From: Bacillota bacterium
GTDB taxonomy: Bacteria > Bacillota > Sulfobacillia > Sulfobacillales > JAIMBI01
Length of the DNA: 64,000 nt
Assembly: GCA_021797815.1 (NCBI GenBank)
Contig: JAJZYZ010000001.1
Location: 35,973 to 99,972, forward strand
Direction: 5' to 3'
Part shown: positions 37,430 through 47,590 of the stretch, piece by piece
Layout: each line of letters opens with the position of its first letter
Position numbering within the stretch: the stretch's first letter is position 1
Program-made: the position numbers and the translations under genes
Notes under the pieces: model-generated
Told to the model about the DNA's origin: nothing
What the model saw: the letters and a program-made list of their open reading frames with translations, nothing else
Databases searched by the model: none

Positions 37430-39178
37430 TTAGGGGCGCGAGTCGGGACGATGAGGCGGTGTCGGGTGCGGCTTGGTGGGACCCGCGGGATGACCGCTCG
37501 CGTGGGATGGGGGAGCGGGGGACGGTTTCGAGGACGCCGGTGAGGCCGGCGAGTGCTGCGGGTGCGCCGGAGCGGGATGGCTGCCTGGGAGTGTTGGGGT
37601 AACCGGCCCGCTCGTCGCCAGGGATACGAGCCCTGCGGGAGGCACCGTAAGAGAGTGGCTACCCACCGCGAGCGCGGCCGGACGAGAGCTCATATTCACC
37701 GCAAACACGTGGTAGCCGGCGCCACTCGACACCTGACCCACAATGAGCGTCGACGTCTCCCAGGTTGTCAGGGTCCCGCCTCCCGCCACGGCATGCAAGA
37801 AGGTCGACAGGGCGATACCAGACGGGTAGAGGGCATTCACGGGCAGCTCCGGCGGGATGCCGTCTCCGACCAGTGCGAAGAGTCCGTACGCGGTGTGCGG
37901 GACCGTGTCGACGGGATAGCCGGGCACGGCCCGGTGGGCCTGTCCATCATAGCTCCACACCACGAGACGGGCGGCGCCAAGCGCCCGCCACAAGATCGCG
38001 CTCTCCACCATCGCCGCCCCGTAAACGGGCCGCGTCGCCTGGGGACCGGGCTGATAGTAGGGATTGAACTCGGTAATCCAGATGGGAAGCGTGGCTGGCC
38101 CGGTTGTCGGCAGGTCGGCCCGGAGTTGACCGCGGAGCGTCTGGAGCGAGTCGGTGATGTCGGCGGCCAGGCCTGAGAGCAGCCCCGCATCGCTCGCGCT
38201 GTGGAAGATCGGATACTCATGCACACTCACGAAATTGACGTAGCCCCCGGCCGCCCCAAGGACGGTCCGGTTCCACGCCACGTCATAGGGCGCCGTGCCG
38301 GGGTCCATCACCAAGCCCACCAGCATGGCGGGATCCACCTGGTGAATCGCCGCTGCGATGGCCGCGGCCTGCTGGCCATAATAGGCGGCCGAGGTGCTGG
38401 GGTTCAGGTTGGCGGCATAGTCCCAAGAGCCGTACTCCTCACTGCCAATGACGATGGCATCAATGGGGAGATGGCGCTGAACGATATAGCGGGTGACGGC
38501 GGCGGCGTCGGCCGGGGTGCCCCCTCCGGTCCAGGCCGGGTTCTCGTCGTAGTTGAAGATGAAGAGCCCGCGAGAGCCGGTTGCCTCCAGGATGGACCCC
38601 CAGCGGGCAAGTGACACGGCGCCCGCAGATCCGGATCGGAACGTGTTGGTGGTCCAGCTCCAGGTGTTGTCATTGGGAAACTGCTGCAGACCGATGCCCA
38701 GTTTCTGCAGGGCAGGAGCGGTCGAGGGAGCATTGAGCTGCTGGTCGTAACTGAAGACATCGACCCCATACTGGAAGCGAGCGATGGACGCTTCGCCCAC
38801 CAGCGACAGACTCGTGCCGACAGCCGATGCGAGCGCCGGACTGCTCGCGGCCGGAACGCTCCCACTCGCCTGGGTGGGTGGCGTGCCCGATGGCCGGGAG
38901 GCAGGGGCCCCTGAAGCACCGGTGGTGGACGAATGCTCGCGGGGAGCGGGAGAGGACGAGGCCGGAACCAGACCAGGTCCAAAGATCTTTCCGCCCGGGT
39001 GCATAGGAGCGGCGGTGGCGGCATGGCGCGCGCGTGCGCCGGAAACCGGCTCGTTCGGCGCGTGCGCGAGGGTCTCGGAGGCCCAAGAAGGTGTCATTCG
39101 AGAAGCCGGTGCCAGCGGATGGCCGAGAAGGCCGAGGAGCACCAGGACGGCCCCCGGGACCAGATAGGACCGGCGCAT
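37430..39178 (-). CDS. Secreted glycoside hydrolase-like protein (clan GH-A-like TIM barrel)
   Basis: Signal-like N-terminus and Ser/Pro-rich linkers; QFP, IVIGSEEYGSW, FVSVHEYP and WITEFN motifs; GGAGG RBS. Confidence 0.65.
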   Translation of the reverse strand: MRRSYLVPGAVLVLLGLLGHPLAPASRMTPSWASETLAHAPNEPVSGARARHAATAAPMHPGGKIFGPGLVPASSSPAPREHSSTTGASGAPASRPSGTPPTQASGSVPAASSPALASAVGTSLSLVGEASIARFQYGVDVFSYDQQLNAPSTAPALQKLGIGLQQFPNDNTWSWTTNTFRSGSAGAVSLARWGSILEATGSRGLFIFNYDENPAWTGGGTPADAAAVTRYIVQRHLPIDAIVIGSEEYGSWDYAANLNPSTSAAYYGQQAAAIAAAIHQVDPAMLVGLVMDPGTAPYDVAWNRTVLGAAGGYVNFVSVHEYPIFHSASDAGLLSGLAADITDSLQTLRGQLRADLPTTGPATLPIWITEFNPYYQPGPQATRPVYGAAMVESAILWRALGAARLVVWSYDGQAHRAVPGYPVDTVPHTAYGLFALVGDGIPPELPVNALYPSGIALSTFLHAVAGGGTLTTWETSTLIVGQVSSGAGYHVFAVNMSSRPAALAVGSHSLTVPPAGLVSLATSGPVTPTLPGSHPAPAHPQHSPASPASSKPSPAPPSHASGHPAGPTKPHPTPPHRPDSRP

Positions 39179-39451
39179 CTTCGACCACCTCCCGACCTAT
39201 GCGCGACCAAGCTACCACCGGTGCGGGGTTGGGGAAGTCTCGATACATGTCTCACCATAATCTCCTGCCCAATCTCATCCTGCCTTCTTGGCCGAGGGAG
39301 GCCCAATCCGTTCGGTGTGAGAGGTCCCGGATTCCGGGGAACGACCCCGCGACGCCTGCGGGCCTTGCCGGCGTTCCCCCGCGCGCAAGAACGAGCGGGC
39401 TTCATAACGACGGAGGGTCACACGACGTTTTTCTCTAGGAGGAGATGCTCT

Positions 39452-40513
39452 GTGCGGCGCCTGCTGGTGCTGATGGCGGTGCTGATGGTGGCCGGCTCCG
39501 GGGTCTTGGCCGCCCGTGGGCTCGGAGGGCGGGGCCACCTCCTGGACCGTCTTGCTGGACATGCGTCGGAGCATTCCCGGGCACGGACCGGACAGGCCTC
39601 CGGTGGAGGCCCGCGCCCGGGCTACAAGACGGCTAGGATTCTCGGCATGTCCGTGGCGATGCCCGCTGGGTGGCGCGTGAAGGGGATATCAACCTCCAAC
39701 GGCACCTCTACCTGGACGGCCGAGACATCGCTAGGGTTTTTCGTGCAGCTGACCGCAACTCCACTGGGAATGCAAAGTGCCTTTCAGCTTCTGCCGATGT
39801 TGCCCGCCAGTGGCGGGCTTCTCCCCCGCGGCCAGTCCCCGTACGAGTCGACAAGCGTCCAGGGGAGCGAGGCCTCCGAGCAACTTCTGGGGCGGGCGGG
39901 CACCTTGTACGGATTCTCCGTACAGGCCCCCACCCCATCCATCGCGCACCGTGTCTGGGTGAGTTGGATCCATCCCCCCGCGAGCTCGGTGACACAGGCG
40001 GTAAAGCACATCGAAGCCGTGCAGAGTGCGGCCGGCGGCACGGCCTTTCCCGACTATGCTCGAAGCTTCGGCAGCCAGAGGGACGGATGGATCATGGTCG
40101 GGGAGGGGGGGTCTGCGGGTCAGGAAGGGTACGTGCTGTTCGAGACCGGCGACGCAGGCCGCACGTGGAGTCTCGAACGTTACACGACGTGGGCCGGATG
40201 CGCCCCCGGGAGCTCGTCCGCGTGCACATTTTTGGGACTCGCTGGCTCGCTCAGCATGACGTTTTGGAACAGTCATGACGGTGCCGTGGTTCAGGCCACC
40301 ATGGTGCTGAATTCTCTCTCTTTCTACCGCACCCAAAACGGAGGCCGGACATGGATCGCTTCTCGCATCCCGGTGAACCACCCCTCGGACAACGCGGTCA
40401 TCAACTACCAGAGCGGCCGTCTTATGCTCACCATCGACTTTTACGGGTCGCATCCGAGCGTGCACGAGGTCAGCACCGACGGCGGCGCCACATGGGTGCG
40501 GGCCCCGTCCTAG
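39452..40513 (+). CDS. Secreted protein with Asp-box repeats
   Basis: GTG 39452 after AGGAGG; signal peptide RRLLVLMAVLMVAGSGVLA; ETGDAGRTW, RTQNGGRTW, STDGGATW. Confidence 0.75.
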   Translation: MRRLLVLMAVLMVAGSGVLAARGLGGRGHLLDRLAGHASEHSRARTGQASGGGPRPGYKTARILGMSVAMPAGWRVKGISTSNGTSTWTAETSLGFFVQLTATPLGMQSAFQLLPMLPASGGLLPRGQSPYESTSVQGSEASEQLLGRAGTLYGFSVQAPTPSIAHRVWVSWIHPPASSVTQAVKHIEAVQSAAGGTAFPDYARSFGSQRDGWIMVGEGGSAGQEGYVLFETGDAGRTWSLERYTTWAGCAPGSSSACTFLGLAGSLSMTFWNSHDGAVVQATMVLNSLSFYRTQNGGRTWIASRIPVNHPSDNAVINYQSGRLMLTIDFYGSHPSVHEVSTDGGATWVRAPS

Positions 40514-40604
40514 CCGCGGGTTCGACGGCTGTCTTCCAGGTGGTGGACAAGGCCAGCAACAGCGAGAGCCGCGCCCATGTATGGTATGAGCGGGTGGAGG
40601 GCGG

Positions 40605-41189
40605 TCACGGACGAGGGGGCGTTTTCCGGAAGCTCACTCCGTGAACGCCGACGCCGTAGTGATAGACCATGCTGCCTCCGAGCGTTCCGGTCACCGAGAT
40701 CATGACCACAGCCGCCACCAGCAGCACCAGTGACAGTCCTGTGGGGCGCCCACGACCGGATCCCCAGGCCGACCATGCACCGGACGGGCGGTTCGACGAC
40801 CAGCGGCTGTTGCCTCCGTAGCGTCCGACGAGGCGAGCGCCAATCGCCGCCAGCAAGAAGACGCCCGTGAGGATGGCATCGCGTTGATGGGCCGACAGCA
40901 GGGCGAATGTGGCTGGCGTCCAGCGGACATATTGCTCGGAAATCACGCCCGCGGCTGCCGCGGCCACACCCGCCAGAAAGCTCAGGATGAGGAGCCAGAA
41001 GCTCACACGGTCGTAAAATCTGTCGCGCGGCTGGGTGATGCGGCCCAAAAGCTCGATAAACAGGCACGCATAGAGGAGCGCAATGGGGAAATGCACCAGC
41101 ATGGGATGAATCGTCGGCGGCAGGAACCCTTCGCCAATCCGAATCCACGTGGTGAGAAACCAGCTCCAGATTCCTAAAATCGCTCCCAT
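40605..41189 (-). CDS. DUF2231 domain membrane protein
   Basis: IHPMLVHFPIAL, four TM helices, TGTLGGSMVYHYGVGV. Confidence 0.85.
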   Translation of the reverse strand: MGAILGIWSWFLTTWIRIGEGFLPPTIHPMLVHFPIALLYACLFIELLGRITQPRDRFYDRVSFWLLILSFLAGVAAAAAGVISEQYVRWTPATFALLSAHQRDAILTGVFLLAAIGARLVGRYGGNSRWSSNRPSGAWSAWGSGRGRPTGLSLVLLVAAVVMISVTGTLGGSMVYHYGVGVHGVSFRKTPPRP

Positions 41190-41678
41190 GCGTCTTTCGG
41201 TCCCCCTCAAGGTCTCCGGCCGGCCGGCACCCTGCCCTATGATCCCGTCGACATGCGCCCAAGCTGGTGGCCGGGCCCGGCACCGGCGCGGTCACCCCAT
41301 CCACATGGGTTTCGGACGAAGAACGTCCAGTTACGAAACAGCCTACACGGACTATGAACCCCGAGGCTACCCCGGGGGTTACCAAACAGCAAGTTAAGTC
41401 CATCCAGACGTCGGACTCCGTGGCCGGCGCAGGAAGCCAAGACCCCCGGTCCGCTCACGCCCTGAAGACGGCCGCGGTCTAGACGGCAGGCGGACCCGCC
41501 AGGAGTGGGCAGCCTGCCCACCTCGGGGGGTGACGGGAGGCACGCTGCCACGCGGCTTCAAGGGGATAGGAGCGCATGACAAAATCGCGGATCTGCCCCT
41601 CATGTCCTTGAGAGGAGTTACCCGGAAGCCTGCACGGGTGACGTCTGGACGTGCAATCGGGGAGAGAGGCTCGCGGGA

Positions 41679-42314
41679 TCAGAGCAGGCCGTGGCGGTGG
41701 GCAATCATGACGGCCTCCACCCGATTTTTGGCGCGGAGCCGGTGAGCGATGTCATTCACGCGGGCCTTCACTGTATTCTCGGAGAGAAAGAGGCGGCGGC
41801 CAATCTCCCGGTTGGTGAGCCCTTCCGCCACCAGCCGCAGCATGTCCAGGTCGTGTGCATTCAGCGGCAGCGCCGGCTCGGTGGAACCCGTCTGGATCCA
41901 GTGCATGACGACGTCGGTGGCGCGGGCGTCAAGCACCGACCCACCGTCCACGATCTTCCGGAGGCTTTGCAGGAGATCGAATCCTTCCACCTCCTTCAAA
42001 ATGTAGCCGCGGACGCCCAGCCGAATGCACGTTTCAATCAGCGCCTCGTCCAGGTAGCTGGTCAGGATCACAAGGGCCGTCCGGAGTCCTTCGTCCCGGA
42101 CCGCCTGACACAGCGTCGCACCGTCCCGCCCGCCCATGCGAAGATCGACGAGAGCGAGATCAGGATCCAGGTCCCGGATGACCTGAAGCCCTTCTACGCC
42201 GTCCCGCGCCTCGCCGACCACGCGAAACTCGTCGGTCTCCTCCAAAATGGAGCGGATGCCGCGCCGCACCACCTCATGGTCGTCGACCAGGACGACGCGG
42301 ATGGCCTCACTCAT
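41679..42314 (-). CDS. NarL/DevR(DosR)-family response regulator
   Basis: VLVDDHEVVRRG, ALVDLRM, ILTSY, GYILK; LuxR HTH AEGLTNREIGRRLFLSENTVK. Confidence 0.93.
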   Translation of the reverse strand: MSEAIRVVLVDDHEVVRRGIRSILEETDEFRVVGEARDGVEGLQVIRDLDPDLALVDLRMGGRDGATLCQAVRDEGLRTALVILTSYLDEALIETCIRLGVRGYILKEVEGFDLLQSLRKIVDGGSVLDARATDVVMHWIQTGSTEPALPLNAHDLDMLRLVAEGLTNREIGRRLFLSENTVKARVNDIAHRLRAKNRVEAVMIAHRHGLL

Positions 42315-43482
42315 GGGGCGCCTTTCGCGGCAGCTGGACCCGAACCGTCGTGCCCCCCTCATCGTTGCGGAACACCGAGAAGTCGCCCCCGAACTCCTCC
42401 ACCAGACTGCGCATGGCGTGAAGCCCGTAGTGGGCGGTGAGTCCCGTCGGCCCGGCCAGGGCGTCGTCGTCGATCCCCTGCCCGGCGTCCTGAATGCTGA
42501 CAACCAGTGTTTCGCCATCGAATCCGGCGGCCACAAATGCGACGGAGCTCTGGCTGTGGCGGCGCACGTTGGTGAGCGACTCCGAAATAATCTTCCCGGC
42601 GCACGCGGCCAGTGCTCGGGGAACCATGTCGAGGGATCCACGGGTGACAAGCGTCGTACGGATGCCGCTTTCCTGCTCGAAATGCTGGACCAGGTCCTCG
42701 AAGACGAGCGACGCCGGCCGCCCCAGATCGGTGTCCTGTGCCAGCGAGAAGATGGCGGCCCGGATTTCGCTGGCTCCCTCCGCCGCCAGCTGCTTGGCGC
42801 GGATGAGTCGCTCGATGGCGGCGTGCTGGTTTGCCCGAAGACCCTTCAGCGCCTGATCCACTTCAATCCCGAGGGCGAAGAGGATCTGGGACACCGAGTC
42901 GTGGAGCTGCTGGCTGATGCGGGTTCTCTCTTTCAGCACGGCCAGTTCCTCGGACTTCGAGTACAGGCGGGCATTGTCAATCGCAATCGCCGCCTGGGTC
43001 GAGAATGCGAGCAGAAGTTCCTCGTCTTCGGTGGTGAAGAGGGCACCCCCGGGTTCGTGGGCCAGAAACAGCGACCCCAGGATCCGGTCCCGCATCGCCA
43101 GCGGTACGGCCAGAAACGCTCCCACCGGTGGATGCCCGGCCGGGGTGCCCACAGACAGCGGGTGCTCCGGCAGCGTGGCTACGCGCAGGGGAGAGCCCGT
43201 CTTATGCGGGAGGGCAAAGATCCCGCGCCCCTCCGGAAAGCCGGCCGGACCGGGCCATCCGGAGACGGTGAAGTACTCATAGCGGCCCGGAGCCTCGGGG
43301 TCTAAGACCAACAGACCCCCCATTTCGGCCCCGATAAGTTCGCGCGCTGCGTCCACCACTGTTTGCAGCAGGGGCTCAAGCGCCATGTGGGACGTGATGC
43401 GGGTGCTGACCTCAATCAGGGCATTCAGTTCCTGGACCTTGCGCCGAAGCATCCGTGTCGGTTCCGGACCGGGTGAGACCAT
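42307..43482 (-). CDS. GAF-domain sensor histidine kinase (DevS/DosS-like, HisKA_3)
   Basis: GAF with HPLSVGTPAGHPPVGAFLAVPL; H-box ERTRISQQLHDSVSQ; ESLTNVRRHS, DAGQG, GLHAM, GTTV; ATG 43482 after GGAGG. Confidence 0.92.
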   Translation of the reverse strand: MVSPGPEPTRMLRRKVQELNALIEVSTRITSHMALEPLLQTVVDAARELIGAEMGGLLVLDPEAPGRYEYFTVSGWPGPAGFPEGRGIFALPHKTGSPLRVATLPEHPLSVGTPAGHPPVGAFLAVPLAMRDRILGSLFLAHEPGGALFTTEDEELLLAFSTQAAIAIDNARLYSKSEELAVLKERTRISQQLHDSVSQILFALGIEVDQALKGLRANQHAAIERLIRAKQLAAEGASEIRAAIFSLAQDTDLGRPASLVFEDLVQHFEQESGIRTTLVTRGSLDMVPRALAACAGKIISESLTNVRRHSQSSVAFVAAGFDGETLVVSIQDAGQGIDDDALAGPTGLTAHYGLHAMRSLVEEFGGDFSVFRNDEGGTTVRVQLPRKAPHE

Positions 43483-43560
43483 GGCGTCACCTCCGTGTGG
43501 CACTGTCGGCGGAATACAGTCAACTCGAAGCGTCTCCGATGAAGTGGCCCAATTGTACCT

Positions 43561-43573
43561 CCGATTGGATCGG
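43561..43573. promoter_or_regulatory. Palindrome CCGAT-N3-ATCGG, candidate response-regulator site
   Basis: Perfect inverted repeat in the TCS/coxM divergent intergenic region, with related copies at 43536, 43584 and 43652. Confidence 0.35.
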
Positions 43574-43768
43574 TGGGAAGGATCCGAAAGGATCTGGTGG
43601 TCGAGGCCGGAGCGGGCGAGACTGAAAGCATTGATCGGTCATCGACCCACCCCGATTCCGTCGCCGATCTCTCAGCCATCCGTTGTGGTCGCCCTGTTAA
43701 GGTTTTCTGCCCGCTGGCCGCGTCGGGCCTTCGGGTCACCGGAAAAGAGAAAGGAGCACCGAGGGCCT

Positions 43769-44656
43769 ATGTTCCCGAACGCCTTCGAATATCAATCTCC
43801 GACGTCTCTCGACGAAGCCGTGGCGCTTCTCGTTGAACATGGCTACGAGGCCAAGATCCTGGCCGGGGGCCAGAGCCTCCTGCCGATGATGAAGCTTAGG
43901 GTGGCGGCGCCGACGGTCCTGGTGGATCTCGGGCGCGTGCCGGGCCTTGACGCCCGAACCGAGAACGACCGAGAACTCTCCCTCGGAGCCATGACACGCC
44001 ATGCGAGTCTCGAGTGGGATGAAGATCTTTGGGCGCGCTATCCCCTTCTCCGCGAAACGGCCGCCTGGATTGCCGATCCCCTGGTCCGGAATCGGGGCAC
44101 CATGGCCGGCTCTCTCGCCCACGCGGACCCCGCGGCCGACTGGGGAGCCGCGCTTCTCGCCCTGCACGGCTCGGTGACCGTGGACGGGCCGAACGGTTCC
44201 CGTCGCGTTGGAGCCGACGACTTCTTCGTGGACGTCTTCACCACCCGGCTGGAGCCAGACGAGGTGCTGACGGCGGTTCACATCCCCCGCCCCGAGCATG
44301 ACGTTTTTGCCACCCATCTCAAGCTTGAACGGAAGGTGGGCGACTTTGCCGTGGTGGCGGTGTCGCTGCAGGTGGAGATAGACGGTGACGGCCGCATCCG
44401 CCGCCCCGGCATCGGTCTCGCCGGGGTCGGCCCCACGTCGCTGCATGCTACGGCCGCCGCTTCACTCCTCGAAGGACAGCCCCTGTCGTTGGAGCTCATC
44501 CGTGAGGCCGCCGCCAAAGCTTCCGCGGCCACCGATCCGGCTTCTGACCGCCGCGGCAGCGCCGACTTCAAGCGTGACATGGTGCGGCTCTTCGTGGAAC
44601 GCGGACTCCGCTCGATAGAGAGCCGTTTCGATGAGGGGCGGCGTCGGAGCGCATAG
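43769..44656 (+). CDS. coxM: Aerobic CO dehydrogenase medium (FAD) subunit
   Basis: [51 protein letters not shown]; first gene of coxMSL. Confidence 0.92.
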   Translation: MFPNAFEYQSPTSLDEAVALLVEHGYEAKILAGGQSLLPMMKLRVAAPTVLVDLGRVPGLDARTENDRELSLGAMTRHASLEWDEDLWARYPLLRETAAWIADPLVRNRGTMAGSLAHADPAADWGAALLALHGSVTVDGPNGSRRVGADDFFVDVFTTRLEPDEVLTAVHIPRPEHDVFATHLKLERKVGDFAVVAVSLQVEIDGDGRIRRPGIGLAGVGPTSLHATAAASLLEGQPLSLELIREAAAKASAATDPASDRRGSADFKRDMVRLFVERGLRSIESRFDEGRRRSA

Positions 44657-44691
44657 ACCTCTACCCACTTGAAAGGATGGGAGGAAGTCCC

Positions 44692-45186
44692 ATGTTGATT
44701 TCCGTAACCGTGAACGGACAGGAACGAACGGCAGACGTCGAACCCCGTACGCTCCTTTGCTACCTGGTGCGGGACGAGCTGTCCCTCACCGGCACGCATG
44801 TTGGCTGCGACACCACAAGCTGCGGCGCCTGCACCGTCTTGCTGGACGGCGTGCCGGTCAAGTCCTGCACGGTGCTGGCCGTCCAGGTCGACGGACAGGA
44901 GCTCATGACCGTGGAGGGTCTCGAGCAGGCCGGCGATCTCCATCCTCTCCAGAAGGGGTTCTGGGAGAGCCACGGCTTGCAGTGCGGATTCTGCACCCCC
45001 GGCATGCTCATGACCACCTACGCGCTTTTGGAGCGCAACCCCGACCCGACCGAGGACGAGATCCGCCGGGCCATTTCCGGCAATCTCTGCCGATGCACCG
45101 GCTACCAAAACATCGTGAAAGCGGTCCAGTATGCGGCCCCGCTCGTGCGTGAAAAGCGCGAGGCAGCCAGGGAGGTGGCAAGGTAA
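44692..45186 (+). CDS. coxS: Aerobic CO dehydrogenase small (2Fe-2S) subunit
   Basis: [12 protein letters not shown]...KSC and QCGFCTPG...NLCRCTGY. Confidence 0.95.
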   Translation: MLISVTVNGQERTADVEPRTLLCYLVRDELSLTGTHVGCDTTSCGACTVLLDGVPVKSCTVLAVQVDGQELMTVEGLEQAGDLHPLQKGFWESHGLQCGFCTPGMLMTTYALLERNPDPTEDEIRRAISGNLCRCTGYQNIVKAVQYAAPLVREKREAAREVAR

Positions 45187-45187
45187 T

Positions 45188-47539
45188 ATGGCTCTCGAAA
45201 CAACGGAGCTCCGTCCGCTCGGAAAGTCTATCAAGCGCAAGGAAGACGCCCGCCTGGTCCGCGGGCAGGGCCGCTTTCTGGACGACATCAAGCTCCCTCG
45301 CATGCTTTACCTGGCCCTCGTCCGCAGCCCGTACGCCCACGCCCGCATCGTCGGTATCGACACCGCACGGGCCCGTGCCCTTCCGGGCGTACACCTGGTT
45401 CTGACGGGGGAAGACCTCGCGAAGCTTAACCTGGCGTGGATGCCGACTCTGGCCGGCGACAAGCAGATGGTGCTGGCCACCGACAAGGTCCTCTTCCAGT
45501 ACCAGGAGGTGGCGGCCGTCATCGCCGACACCCGAGCCCTGGCCGAGGATGGGGCGGCGCTCGTGGAGGTAACATACGATCCCCTGCCCGTGGTAGTAGA
45601 CCCCCGGCGGGCGCTTGAGCCGGACGCGCCGGTCCTCCGTGACGACCGGGAGCAGCGGGACAATCACATATTCCACTGGGAGGTGGGGGAGCGCGCCGCC
45701 ACGGACGAGGCGCTGCGAGCCTCGGCGGTGGTTGTGAAAGAGAGCATCCGCATGCCGCGGGTGCATCCGGCGCCGGTCGAACCGTGCGGATGCATCGCGG
45801 ATTATGACGGCGCTATGGGCAAACTCACCTGGTACGTCACGTCGCAGGCACCCCACGCCCATCGAACCGTCCTGGCCATGGTGGCCGGCCTGCCCGAGCA
45901 CAAGATCCACGTCATTTCCCCCGACGTCGGCGGCGGCTTCGGCAACAAGGTGCCCGTCTTCCCCGGGTACGTGGCGGCCATCGTCGGTTCCATCTCTCTC
46001 GGACGGCCGGTGAAGTGGGTCGAGACACGCACGGAAAACCTGACCAGCACCAACTTCGCCCGCGATTACTTCATGGACGTCGAGCTTGGGGCGGACGACA
46101 AGGGACGCGTCACGGCTCTCAAGGTGACGACCGTCGCCGACCACGGCGCCTTTGACGCCGCGGCCGACCCGACGAAGTACCCGGCGGGCCTCTTCAGCAT
46201 TGTTACGGGCTCCTATGACTTCCCCACCGCCTTCGCCGAGGTTGACGCCGCTTACACCAACAAGGCCCCCGGGGGCATCGCCTATCGCTGCTCGTTTCGC
46301 GTCACCGAAGCCTCGTTCCTCATCGAGCGGGCGATGAACTCCCTGGCCCTTAAGCTTGGCGTCGACCCGGCGGATCTCCGCTTCCAAAACTTCATAGGGA
46401 GCGACCGGTTTCCTTACGACTCGCCGCTTGGATGGACATACGACAGCGGAAATTACGCGGCCACGCTTAATCGGGCGCTTGACATGATTGACTACCGGGC
46501 GCTGCGCCAGGAACAGGCCGAGCGGCGGGCGCGGGGAGAATTCATGGGCATCGGCATCTCCACCTTCACGGAGATTGTCGGAGCCGGCCCGAGCCAGTCG
46601 TTCGACATTCTCGGCATCAAGATGTTCGACAGCTGCGAGATTCGCGTACATCCGACCGGCAAGGTCATCGCCCGTCTCGGCACCCGCCATCAGGGTCAGG
46701 GACATGAGACCACGTTTGCCCAGATCATCGCGGAGGAGCTCGGCCTCAGCACCGAGGACGTGCTGGTGGAGGAAGGCGACACCGACACCGCCCCGTATGG
46801 TCTCGGCACATACGCCAGCCGCAGCACCCCGACTGCCGGGGGCGCCGCGGCTCTGGCTGCGCGGCGGGTGCGCGACAAGGGCCGGAAAATCGCCGCGCAT
46901 CTCCTGGAAGTGTCGGACGACGAGGTGGAATGGGACGGCCAGCGATTCTATGCCGCCGGGGCCCCGGAGCACGCCGTGAGCATGGCCGAGGTTTCCCTGG
47001 CGGCCTACACCAACCTGCCCGCCGGCATGGAACCGGGCCTCGAGGCGACCTTCTACTACGACCCGCCCAATCTCACGTTTCCGAACGGCGCCTATGTGGC
47101 GGTAGTCGACATCGACAAGGGCACCGGCGAGGCCAAGGTGAGGCGGTTTGTGGCCGTTGACGACTGCGGCACGGTTATCAATCCGATGGTGGTGGAGGGA
47201 CAGATCCACGGCGGGCTCACGGAAGGGTTCGCCATTGCCTTCATGCAGGAGATTGCGTTTGACGAGGACGGCAACTGCCTCGCCCCCAACTTCACGGAGT
47301 ATCTCGTGCCGACAGCGGTCGAGGCACCGAAGTGGGAGACGGACCGCACCGTGACCCCGTCGCCGCACCATCCTATCGGCGCCAAGGGGGTGGGGGAGTC
47401 GCCCAACGTGGGCTCACCGGCCGCGTTTGCGAACGCGGTCATGGATGCGCTCTCGCCGCTTGGGGTCACCAACCTCGACATCCCGCTGTTTCCCTGGAAG
47501 ATCTGGGAGGTTCTGAGACAGCATGGCGTGACCGAGTAA
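45188..47539 (+). CDS. coxL: Aerobic CO dehydrogenase large (Mo-Cu) subunit, form I
   Basis: Form I active-site signature AYRCSFR (PGGIAYRCSFRVTEA); VGGGFGNK, QGQGHET, GTYASRS, KGVGES; gene order M-S-L. Confidence 0.96.
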   Translation: MALETTELRPLGKSIKRKEDARLVRGQGRFLDDIKLPRMLYLALVRSPYAHARIVGIDTARARALPGVHLVLTGEDLAKLNLAWMPTLAGDKQMVLATDKVLFQYQEVAAVIADTRALAEDGAALVEVTYDPLPVVVDPRRALEPDAPVLRDDREQRDNHIFHWEVGERAATDEALRASAVVVKESIRMPRVHPAPVEPCGCIADYDGAMGKLTWYVTSQAPHAHRTVLAMVAGLPEHKIHVISPDVGGGFGNKVPVFPGYVAAIVGSISLGRPVKWVETRTENLTSTNFARDYFMDVELGADDKGRVTALKVTTVADHGAFDAAADPTKYPAGLFSIVTGSYDFPTAFAEVDAAYTNKAPGGIAYRCSFRVTEASFLIERAMNSLALKLGVDPADLRFQNFIGSDRFPYDSPLGWTYDSGNYAATLNRALDMIDYRALRQEQAERRARGEFMGIGISTFTEIVGAGPSQSFDILGIKMFDSCEIRVHPTGKVIARLGTRHQGQGHETTFAQIIAEELGLSTEDVLVEEGDTDTAPYGLGTYASRSTPTAGGAAALAARRVRDKGRKIAAHLLEVSDDEVEWDGQRFYAAGAPEHAVSMAEVSLAAYTNLPAGMEPGLEATFYYDPPNLTFPNGAYVAVVDIDKGTGEAKVRRFVAVDDCGTVINPMVVEGQIHGGLTEGFAIAFMQEIAFDEDGNCLAPNFTEYLVPTAVEAPKWETDRTVTPSPHHPIGAKGVGESPNVGSPAAFANAVMDALSPLGVTNLDIPLFPWKIWEVLRQHGVTE

Positions 47540-47590
47540 GCGCGTTCACCCGTACAGGCAGACGGGCGGAACAGAAGACCGGAGGAGGCC

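Noticed and set aside
45008-47371. 787-aa minus-strand ORF
   Set aside because: Antisense shadow of coxL.
45188-47539. Form II CoxL or xanthine dehydrogenase assignment
   Set aside because: The active site is AYRCSFR rather than AYRGAGR, and the gene order is M-S-L.
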